Origin: a virus
Length of the DNA: 41,872 nucleotides
Direction: 5' to 3' (one strand)
Virus record (IMG/VR): IMGVR_UViG_3300048599_000085
Coordinates: 1 to 41,872 of that record
Made by a program: the position numbers and the translations under genes. Shown one piece after another: positions 1 through 5,896 of the stretch (the first letter of the stretch is position 1; each line of letters begins with the position of its first letter). Under the pieces are notes generated by a model, which was not told the DNA's origin, did no database searches, and saw nothing but the letters and a program-made list of their open reading frames with translations.

Positions 1-112
1 TCTTGTCCGACGCGACGGCTCTCTTGGCCTTCGGCGTTCGTTCCAGGATCGAGATTGCGGCGGCGAGGCTGGCGAGGACTCTTACGAACGCCTCTCGCAT
101 CCCGGCGTCTGC
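1..112. repeat. Right part of a 203-bp perfect direct repeat (= 1497..1608). The first 36 nt are also identical to 41837..41872 (terminal overlap).
   Basis: Base-by-base comparison by eye: 1..112 matches 1497..1608 exactly. Looser homology continues to about 170 versus about 1666. Confidence 0.9.
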
Positions 113-718
113 GGGAGGGGCGGTGATCAGCGCCGATTTAATGCGAGCCTCGTAATCGGCCCTTGGAAAATTGGTTCGAGCAAAATTACCATGTTGCTCG
201 ATAGCCGCAACGTCATATGCTCGTGCGGCATCTTCCTCATCCTTATAACATCCGAGGAATGTAACCTTTTTGTTGGTTTTAATTGCAGATACCCATATCG
301 ATTGACGCGCGCGCCAACTAACGCCTCGGAAGCGAGACTGACCGTGGTTAGCTTTATTGCGGTTGTTCTCCGCAGTGGTCGCGGACCGAAGATTTGCGAT
401 CCTATTATTGGCGGGGTCGCCATCAATATGATCAATAACGTTAGTGGGCCACTGGCCGGTCTCCATTGCCCATATTACGCGGTGCGCTGGATACTCGTCA
501 CCAAAAAGACAAACACGGAGATAGCCTCTGTTGCAGTCACTCTTGCAGGCTCGCTTCCCGGCAAAACGGCCATTCCACCACTTTGCATGGCCGGACGCCT
601 CGCGCTTCTCCGTGGGTTGAAAGAATTTACTGTCACGTTCGCGCCAATATAGCACCCCGTCTCCCGCGTCGTAGCGGAGCAGTTCCCGGAGCGTGGTCGG
701 ATCAATGCTCGTGCGCAT
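1..718 (-). CDS. HNH(HNH_3-like) + AP2-domain homing-endonuclease-like protein, fused at its C-terminus to an Ea22-like tail. The 3' end runs off the window start and continues at 41836 if the molecule is circular.
   Basis: Absent from the ORF track because there is no stop in the window. ATG at 718-716 follows directly after the stop of 719..1390. Hand translation: MRTSIDPTTLRELLRYDAGDGVLYWRER...NVIDHIDGDPANNRIANLRSATTAENNRNK (HNH), then SRFRGVSWRARQSIWVSAIKTNKKVTFLGCYKDEEDAARAYDVAAIEQHGNFARTNFP (AP2), then ADYEARIKSALITAPPADAGMREAFVRVLASLAAAISILERTPKAKRAVASDK, a copy of the C-terminus of 1387..2037. Visibly lower GC than the backbone. Confidence 0.7.
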   Translation of the reverse strand, partial: MRTSIDPTTLRELLRYDAGDGVLYWRERDSKFFQPTEKREASGHAKWWNGRFAGKRACKSDCNRGYLRVCLFGDEYPAHRVIWAMETGQWPTNVIDHIDGDPANNRIANLRSATTAENNRNKANHGQSRFRGVSWRARQSIWVSAIKTNKKVTFLGCYKDEEDAARAYDVAAIEQHGNFARTNFPRADYEARIKSALITAPPADAGMREAFVRVLASLAAAISILERTPKAKRAVASDK

Positions 719-1390
719 TTACATATCCAATGCTGATAGGATTCTAACTTCATAATCCCGCTGCGCTGCGGCTTTGGCTTCATCCAAACTGTCCTTGTCC
801 GCCACAAAGTGATGGGCATGTAGACGGACAACGTATGCGGGGCTGTCGCTAGCCGACACTTCTTCAATGTTGTAAAACCCAAAAGATGTTTGCGCGGACC
901 AAGCCGGTTCCGGGAACGAATCCGGTCGATGATCGCGCCAAACAAGTGGCTTTACCTTCACCCCACTATCAGATGAGGCGAGACGGCGAAGGGAATCAAG
1001 CTCGTCCTCCAACTCTCCTACGCGGTGGATGAGGCTATTTTTCTCAGCGATCAGAGTCTTGACCGGAGCGGGCACCGACGCCTCGCCCAAAAGGCACGGG
1101 TCACAATCACCGCAAGCGCCTCCATCACCGGGGATTGCGCCGGTAACGCAGCACGTCACGATTGACGATAGCGCGGGTTTAGCAGCGCGGAGATACGCAC
1201 GGATCGCGCGCGCCATTTCCGTCCGCGTGTTCTGGTAGCGCGGCGAGTTGTCGGCCTTGATACGCTCATACTCATCATTGGTGATTTCGGGAGCTGTGAT
1301 GCGCGCACACTCACGGACGGCAGCTTCAAGCCCTGCCTCGTTGAGCTTCACCAGTTCACCGCGATCAGGATTCGTCATGATGGGGCTCAT
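719..1390 (-). CDS. Ea22-like early protein (coiled-coil plus conserved C-terminal ..AAAQRDYEVRILSAL module)
   Basis: 223-aa ORF. ATGA overlap with the upstream gene stop (1387-1390). C-terminal block KPLVW..FGFYNIEE..SLDEAKAAAQRDYEVRILSAL is paralogous to 1387..2037. Confidence 0.7.
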   Translation of the reverse strand: MSPIMTNPDRGELVKLNEAGLEAAVRECARITAPEITNDEYERIKADNSPRYQNTRTEMARAIRAYLRAAKPALSSIVTCCVTGAIPGDGGACGDCDPCLLGEASVPAPVKTLIAEKNSLIHRVGELEDELDSLRRLASSDSGVKVKPLVWRDHRPDSFPEPAWSAQTSFGFYNIEEVSASDSPAYVVRLHAHHFVADKDSLDEAKAAAQRDYEVRILSALDM

Positions 1391-2037
1391 TTGCTTTCCC
1401 CGTCGCCGTCAGATTTCGTCGTCGCGTCGGGCGCGGTGAGGGCTGATCGGCCTGCTTCCAGTGCTTTTCGGTAATCATCAAGCATCTGGTCGAACATCTT
1501 GTCCGACGCGACGGCTCTCTTGGCCTTCGGCGTTCGTTCCAGGATCGAGATTGCGGCGGCGAGGCTGGCGAGGACTCTTACGAACGCCTCTCGCATCCCG
1601 GCGTCTGCCGGCACTTCAACCAGCGCCGACTTTATGCGAGCCTCGTAATCGGCCTGCGCTGCGGCAGCGGCTTCGTGAATCGATGAATATCGCAGTTGCT
1701 TGTTCCCGGCCTCGTCAAGTAAAAATGCTGCGCACGCTCCATTGTCGAGGCCGACAGAAAACCTTTCCGTGCCATCAAGATCGGCGATAATATAAAGACC
1801 AATAGATGAAAGAGATTCTGCGCGCGTCGCAGGGCGTCCAAATACGGATGTCCACTTCAACTCCTTCACCCGCACGACCGGCTCGCGCTGCTGCGCGGAG
1901 AGGCGGTCAAGCGCGTCGAACCAACGAAGGAAGTTGTGGTGTTCGACTGACACAGTGTGCTCAATGTCATTTTCCGCTACACCGGGGTCGATGAATGCGA
2001 GCATGTCTTCCTTCAGGGCTTTCAAAGTATCGTCCAT
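1387..2037 (-). CDS. Ea22-like early protein, paralog of 719..1390 with an extra ~70-aa tail
   Basis: ORF 1387..2064. Preferred start is ATG at 2037 (GGAG about 10 nt upstream, 1 nt after the stop of 2039..2362). Contains ..AAAAAQADYEARIKSALVEVPADAGMREAF..DKMFDQMLDDYRKALEAGRSALTAPDATTKSDGDGESK. The tail is encoded by the 203-bp repeat. Confidence 0.7.
   Translation of the reverse strand: MDDTLKALKEDMLAFIDPGVAENDIEHTVSVEHHNFLRWFDALDRLSAQQREPVVRVKELKWTSVFGRPATRAESLSSIGLYIIADLDGTERFSVGLDNGACAAFLLDEAGNKQLRYSSIHEAAAAAQADYEARIKSALVEVPADAGMREAFVRVLASLAAAISILERTPKAKRAVASDKMFDQMLDDYRKALEAGRSALTAPDATTKSDGDGESK
1406..1608. repeat. 203-bp perfect direct repeat, internal copy. The second copy is 41746..41836 joined to 1..112.
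   Basis: 1406..1532 is identical to 41746..41872, and 1497..1608 is identical to 1..112. Confidence 0.9.
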
Positions 2038-2038
2038 G

Positions 2039-2362
2039 TCAGGACTCCATCTCGGCTTGAGCACGGAGAGCGGCGGCGCATAGGGCTAGGGCGGGAGTTG
2101 AGCCGGGAACGTCCGTCATGTCGCAGCCGTCTTCGCTGGCTGGCATACAGCCGGCCAATGCCGCGCTGTTGTCGAAGAACAGCGACCAATCGTGGCCGAT
2201 GGGAACTAGCTCCAGTGCCGCGTCTAATGATACTGTGTAGTTGCGCGGCGGCGTCGCAAGCCCACCAACTGCCTCGGCAATGGCGCACTCCAACGCAAAG
2301 CTGCCTTTGTCGGCCTTCTCGCATCGCTCCGCGAGCGAAAGCAGTTCGTCACGCTTTGTCAT
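2039..2362 (-). CDS. hypothetical early protein (paralog of 2349..2774)
   Basis: ORF 2039..2434. Likely start ATG at 2362 (MTKRDELLSLAERCEKA, GGAG upstream). Shares the pattern L..R.E.A..GS..LD..I...Y..SLDAAL.L.P.....ALALCAAALRA with the neighbouring gene. Confidence 0.6.
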   Translation of the reverse strand: MTKRDELLSLAERCEKADKGSFALECAIAEAVGGLATPPRNYTVSLDAALELVPIGHDWSLFFDNSAALAGCMPASEDGCDMTDVPGSTPALALCAAALRAQAEMES

Positions 2363-2774
2363 TGATGAACTCCGACTGTCTGGCGCGAAGGATGGCGGCG
2401 AGAAGGGCGAGGCAACGCGAAGCATCGCTTTCACCGATAAACGTTCCCGTGTGAGCCGAATAATCGATGACTTCTGCGTTATGCGGAACGTGGCGGCTGT
2501 AGCCGCACTTCCACTTGAACCCTTCCGGCAGCAAAGTCAGAGCGGCGTCGATGGAGGTGGAATACGCGGGCGGACCTTCCCACGCCACGTGGTCTATTGG
2601 GTCGCGACGCAACCAAACATCGCCGTCAATAACGTCGTTCGCCCAAACGTCGCCCGGTTTTTCGCAGATGGCTTTCCAGATAAGCCCATCCAACTCCCGA
2701 CTGCCTTCCGTCGCGGCCTCGATGCGCTCAATGAGTGAGGTGAGGGAGGCTGGCATCTTGCTCTCAGCCATCAC
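2349..2774 (-). CDS. hypothetical early protein (paralog of 2039..2362)
   Basis: 141-aa ORF with ATGA overlap to the upstream stop. Motifs LIERIEAATEGSRELDGLIW, STSIDAALTLLPEG, CLALLAAILRA. Confidence 0.65.
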   Translation of the reverse strand: MMAESKMPASLTSLIERIEAATEGSRELDGLIWKAICEKPGDVWANDVIDGDVWLRRDPIDHVAWEGPPAYSTSIDAALTLLPEGFKWKCGYSRHVPHNAEVIDYSAHTGTFIGESDASRCLALLAAILRARQSEFINDKA

Positions 2775-3109
2775 AGTTTTTCTCCGGTAGACTTGAACAC
2801 GGCCTCGATGCGGCCTCTCACCTTGCCGAAGTCAGAGCAAAGCTCGCCATCGCGCGAGCGCCCGCTGCTGTGCAGGCGATTGAAGGCAAAGGCGAGCGCA
2901 ACGTAGGATTCCCGCAGCGCAGCCATAGCGGCCGGGTGCGTGTTCACGCATTGCACGATCAATTCGGCATCAGCCGATCGCCGGTCACAATTGGCCTGAT
3001 AATCGTCCTCGTCTTGCAATGTCGTAGCGACAATCTGGCGGTCCGGTCCGAGTATCAAAGTTTCGTCTGGCAAGCTGATGTGCCAAGGAAGCGGTGTGCT
3101 CTCAGCCAT
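2771..3109 (-). CDS. hypothetical early protein
   Basis: 112-aa ORF packed tightly in the minus-strand operon. The N-terminal TPLPWH.. motif recalls the 'GPW ... NA.LI..AP' phage family also seen at 36043..36432. Confidence 0.6.
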   Translation of the reverse strand: MAESTPLPWHISLPDETLILGPDRQIVATTLQDEDDYQANCDRRSADAELIVQCVNTHPAAMAALRESYVALAFAFNRLHSSGRSRDGELCSDFGKVRGRIEAVFKSTGEKL

Positions 3110-3111
3110 GC

Positions 3112-3258
3112 TCAGACCCTCCGGTCTTGGAGGCGGCGTGTCAGCCGCTCAGGATCAGCACCGGCAAGGATTTCCTCTCGCGCGGCGTCGGACAGTTTCA
3201 TCCGGCGCGCTTGCTGATCGAGGGACAGGAGGTGGTTGGCTCGGTCCTGGGAGGTCAT
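3112..3258 (-). CDS. small hypothetical protein (48 aa)
   Basis: Internal Met of track ORF 3112..3498 (MTSQDRANHLLSLDQQARRMKLSDAAREEILAGADPERLTRRLQDRRV). ATGA overlap with the stop of 3255..3389. Confidence 0.4.
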   Translation of the reverse strand: MTSQDRANHLLSLDQQARRMKLSDAAREEILAGADPERLTRRLQDRRV

Positions 3259-3389
3259 GCGGAGATACCTCTGCGAAGTGCGTCGCAAATCAGAATGTGA
3301 CGGCAGTAAGCGTCCAGTTCGCCTGACAGATACGCGGCGCAAGCCTTCGATGCGTGCCAATCGGCAATGGCGTAGAGGATGGCGGTCAT
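3255..3389 (-). CDS. small hypothetical protein (44 aa)
   Basis: Internal Met of track ORF 3255..3473 (MTAILYAIADWHASKACAAYLSGELDAYCRHILICDALRRGISA). ATGA overlap with the stop of 3386..3622. Confidence 0.4.
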   Translation of the reverse strand: MTAILYAIADWHASKACAAYLSGELDAYCRHILICDALRRGISA

Positions 3390-3622
3390 GCGATCCTCCA
3401 ACAGCGGTACTCGCCCTTGATCGGATCGACGCAGCGGATCGAATACTTCCGCCCATTGCGACGGCCGAACCAACTTGCGGCGGTTCGAAGAGCGTCAACC
3501 TCGTTACGATTGACGGTGAACGAATCTCCGACCTGCATTTCGGCCAGCGGGTACTTGCGGCGACGACCGCGAGATTCAGGCATCGCTACGCCACGATCGA
3601 TTTTGTATTGCGCCTCCATCAT
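3386..3622 (-). CDS. hypothetical early protein (78 aa)
   Basis: ORF MMEAQYKIDRGVAMPE..KYPLAEMQVGDSFTV.. The start overlaps the upstream stop (ATGA). Confidence 0.6.
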   Translation of the reverse strand: MMEAQYKIDRGVAMPESRGRRRKYPLAEMQVGDSFTVNRNEVDALRTAASWFGRRNGRKYSIRCVDPIKGEYRCWRIA

Positions 3623-3933
3623 GCAGCCCCATCGAACTGCGGCGCGCCAACGATGCTGGCGACGGTATCGAGCGTCTGGACGTATTCAGGCGAGTGGTCA
3701 CCGATCTGCACCACGTTTGACGGATAAGATTTGGCCGTGGGTGCGATTTCCTGAGTAACCGGCTCCAACCGATAGCCGAGGTACGCGGCCAACTCCCTGA
3801 CCTTGTCCATGGCGCGGCTATGCGAGAACGGAGCCCAATCGCTGCCGACCTCTTCCCGCGCGTGACAGATCAGAAATTCCTCGGACACCTGATGCGCGAT
3901 CAGATGCGCGGTGTAGTTCTTCAGGTCCGGCAT
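3619..3933 (-). CDS. hypothetical acidic early protein (104 aa)
   Basis: Track ORF 3619..4095. Preferred start ATG at 3933 (MPDLKNYTAHLIAHQ..) with GGAGAA upstream and a TGATG overlap to the preceding micro-ORF. Confidence 0.55.
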   Translation of the reverse strand: MPDLKNYTAHLIAHQVSEEFLICHAREEVGSDWAPFSHSRAMDKVRELAAYLGYRLEPVTQEIAPTAKSYPSNVVQIGDHSPEYVQTLDTVASIVGAPQFDGAA

Positions 3934-4034
3934 CACAGTTTCTCCGTGAAAAGAACTGCCAGAACGGCAATCGTCGAAATGAACGCGGCGAGGGAAAGCG
4001 CCTCTGCGGCGAGACGGATGGCGAAGGGAAGCAT
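3933..4034 (-). CDS. 33-aa single-pass hydrophobic peptide
   Basis: Below the ORF-track cutoff. Hand translation [33 protein letters not shown]. The start overlaps the stop of 4034..4354 and the stop overlaps the start of 3619..3933, so it is coupled on both sides. Confidence 0.45.
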   Translation of the reverse strand: MLPFAIRLAAEALSLAAFISTIAVLAVLFTEKL

Positions 4035-4354
4035 CACGCTGCCCTCGGGAAGGCGTTCGCGGCTTCGAGCCCGATCGTCTGTTCGATGAAATCACGCTGC
4101 CAGTCGTTAAGCGGCTCGCCGTATTCGGACCAAAGAGCCGAGACTTCCCAAGCCAAATCCTTGGTCACATCATCGCAGATGTGCTCAACCGGGTTGCATT
4201 CGAGGACCTGAACCAGTTCTTCGTACTGGCCGTTGGCGATGTCCCGCACGACGATCTTGCGGTCCACCGAAACGGGCTGCTCCGGGATGAAATCGCCGCT
4301 CTCATGAGCCACGATCACCACGTAAACCATTCGATCCTTGATGCTGGACATCAC
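4034..4354 (-). CDS. hypothetical strongly acidic early protein (106 aa)
   Basis: ORF with about 20 D/E against about 8 K/R. ATGA overlap with the stop of the pentapeptide-repeat gene. Confidence 0.6.
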   Translation of the reverse strand: MMSSIKDRMVYVVIVAHESGDFIPEQPVSVDRKIVVRDIANGQYEELVQVLECNPVEHICDDVTKDLAWEVSALWSEYGEPLNDWQRDFIEQTIGLEAANAFPRAA

Positions 4355-5103
4355 GCGGCCTCCTTCGCTTCAACGTATGAGTCCCGCCAAAGTCCTCGAA
4401 CCCGAGCGAGTCGGACGAGACTTCGAACAATGATTTCCGTCTCCTCTCCGAGTGGGGTGCCTCCGCGGGTAGCGGTCCAATGCTTTTGCGCCTCTTTGAC
4501 CGTGAAGAGACGGCAGCCAGCCTTTACCATCGGCTCCTTGTCGTCTGTCAGCTTCTGTAGGAAGAACGGATAGCCGTCAGAGCGGGTCTGACCTTGAATG
4601 ATCCACTGGCTGCCGAGGTCCGCGCCGTAGAGGTTCGCGCCGCCGAGGTTCGCGCCGCCGAGGTTCGCGCCGCCGAGGTCCGCGCCGCCGAGGTTCGCGC
4701 CGCCGAGGTTCGCGCCGCCGAGGTTCGCGCCGTAGAGGTTCGCGCCGTAGAGGTTCGCGCCGCGGAGGTTCGCGCCGCCGAGGTTCGCGCCGCCGAGGTT
4801 CGCGCCGGAGAGGTTCGCGCCGCCGAGGTTCGCGCCGCCGAGGTTCGCGCCGCCGAGGTTCGCGCCGCCGAGGTTCGCGCCGCCGAGGTTCGCGCCGCGG
4901 AGGTTCGCGCCGTAGAGGTTCGCGCCGCGGAGGTTCGCGCCGCCGAGGTTCGCGCCGCCGAGGTTCGCGCCGCGCTTCACCGCGGCTACTACTGCTAAGC
5001 CCATCTTCAAATATTCAGAAGCGCCGGTCGGGGCCTCGATCTCGGCGGTGAAGACCGTTGTCCCGTCCCATCGATTTTTGATGTCGAAGCTGAACTTAGC
5101 CAT
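4351..5103 (-). CDS. pentapeptide-repeat protein (25 x G-A-N/D-L-x) with distinct N- and C-terminal domains; first gene of the PL operon
   Basis: Track ORF 4351..5139. Preferred start ATG at 5103 ([18 protein letters not shown]..) with GGGAGAG 7 nt upstream; the longer start would lie inside the operator. Repeats match the A(D/N)LXX consensus. C-terminus: ..[46 protein letters not shown].. Confidence 0.85.
   Translation of the reverse strand: MAKFSFDIKNRWDGTTVFTAEIEAPTGASEYLKMGLAVVAAVKRGANLGGANLGGANLRGANLYGANLRGANLGGANLGGANLGGANLGGANLGGANLSGANLGGANLGGANLRGANLYGANLYGANLGGANLGGANLGGADLGGANLGGANLGGANLYGADLGSQWIIQGQTRSDGYPFFLQKLTDDKEPMVKAGCRLFTVKEAQKHWTATRGGTPLGEETEIIVRSLVRLARVRGLWRDSYVEAKEAA
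4606..4980. repeat. Tandem array of 23 full (plus 2 partial) near-identical 15-bp units, consensus CGCGCCGCCGAGGTT on the + strand, coding for the pentapeptide repeats
   Basis: Units are phased exactly every 15 nt from 4621 to 4965. Variation is confined to one codon (GCC/GTA/GCG/GGA on +, giving G/Y/R/S) and two T-to-C changes (N to D). Confidence 0.95.
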
Positions 5104-5127
5104 CGTGCTCTCCCGTTTGATGGGGAG

Positions 5128-5182
5128 ATAGTTGCACAACTAACAACATCGGTCAATATGAAAGATGTGCAACTTGCAACTT
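5128..5182 (-). promoter_or_regulatory. PL promoter with OL operators
   Basis: Minus strand reads TTGACC (5156-5151), a 17-nt spacer, then AACTAT (5133-5128), the same design as PR. Operator copies: ATAGTTGCACAACTA (5128-5142), AGATGTGCAACT (5163-5174) and TGCAACT (5176-5182). Confidence 0.6.
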
Positions 5183-5226
5183 TTTATCGGCACCGTGCCG
5201 CGCGGCCATGTCAGTCGCGGATTGGT

Positions 5227-5574
5227 CTAACTATCGTTTGTCCCTGTTTTTTTCGGAAAAGCTGCTTGGAGCATCTGTTTCATGCGTTTCAGCTCATCGA
5301 TTGAGCGGTCACGAAAAAACCGGGCGAACCAATCTTCATCAGGATGGCGGAAAATAATGTCCGGCTCGTCGGGGTAGCCAAAAAAATCTGCCAATGCGGC
5401 CTGCCAGTCCTCGCCAGGCGTAGAGCCGCTATACCATCTGGAAATCAGGCTTTTATCGGCATCTAGCGCCGTGGCGAGGTCAACAGGGCGCGAATAGCCT
5501 CGTTTTTCGGCCCATTCCCTCAAAAAATGAGGTCGCCTAGGCTGTTTCCCCCTATGGATTCGGTCGGCAGTCAT
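5227..5574 (-). CDS. CI-like prophage repressor, XRE-type HTH, no S24 peptidase domain
   Basis: 115 aa. HTH segment YSRPVDLATALDADKSLISRWYSG. Divergent from the Cro-like gene across an operator-containing intergenic region. Confidence 0.7.
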   Translation of the reverse strand: MTADRIHRGKQPRRPHFLREWAEKRGYSRPVDLATALDADKSLISRWYSGSTPGEDWQAALADFFGYPDEPDIIFRHPDEDWFARFFRDRSIDELKRMKQMLQAAFPKKTGTNDS

Positions 5575-5580
5575 CTGAGA

Positions 5581-5663
5581 ATATTAACGCTGCGGCGCAA
5601 CCTAGTCGTTAGCATGTTGTGCAACTATTCCTCTTGACTATTATTGATAGTTGCGCAACTATC
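5581..5663. promoter_or_regulatory. OR region: PR (-35 TTGACT 5634-5639, -10 AACTAT 5657-5662), a perfect 18-bp palindromic operator GATAGTTGCGCAACTATC (5646-5663), a second operator CATGTTGTGCAACTAT (5613-5628), and a candidate PRM -10 TAATAT on the minus strand (5586-5581)
   Basis: I verified the palindrome by reverse-complementing it. The operator overlaps the PR spacer and -10. TAATAT lies 6 nt upstream of the repressor ATG. Confidence 0.6.
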
Positions 5664-5668
5664 GACGT

Positions 5669-5896
5669 ATGAAAGAAACACCATTCAAGGCGTTGCTACG
5701 GGGTAGGGGCCTTCGCCTCGTTGATGTGGCTCGCGGGCTAGGCGTCGATAAGGCGACGGTCACGCGATGGGCGCGCAATGAAATACCATCGGATCGCGTT
5801 GTCGAAATTGTCCGCATCACCGGCATTCCCGCTGCCGATCTTCGCCCAGACCTAGCTACCGTATTCGCGCCGGTCCCGACGGAGCCGGGGCAATGA
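5669..5896 (+). CDS. Cro/YdaS-like HTH regulator
   Basis: Track ORF 5651..5896 starts at a TTG inside the operator. Preferred start ATG at 5669 (MKETPFKALL..). HTH LVDVARGLGVDKATVTRWARNEIPSDRVVEIVRITGIPAADLRPDL resembles the YdaS/Cro family. Confidence 0.75.
   Translation: MKETPFKALLRGRGLRLVDVARGLGVDKATVTRWARNEIPSDRVVEIVRITGIPAADLRPDLATVFAPVPTEPGQ

Noticed and set aside
127-652. Track ORFs 127..435 (-) and 191..652 (+)
   Set aside because: A third frame (minus strand, from ATG 718, open to the window edge) gives clean HNH and AP2 domain motifs. The listed ORFs give no recognisable sequence.
4606-4980. Regular 15-bp repeat array that might look like a CRISPR array or minisatellite
   Set aside because: The units are contiguous with no spacers and in perfect register with an ORF, where they encode GANLx pentapeptides. 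There are no cas genes and no leader.
4594-4998. 134-aa + strand ORF (AEVRAAEVR...)
   Set aside because: It is a mirror-frame product of the same tandem repeat. It has no flanking non-repeat domains, SD or operon context, whereas the minus-strand frame has proper N- and C-terminal domains, an SD and a promoter.
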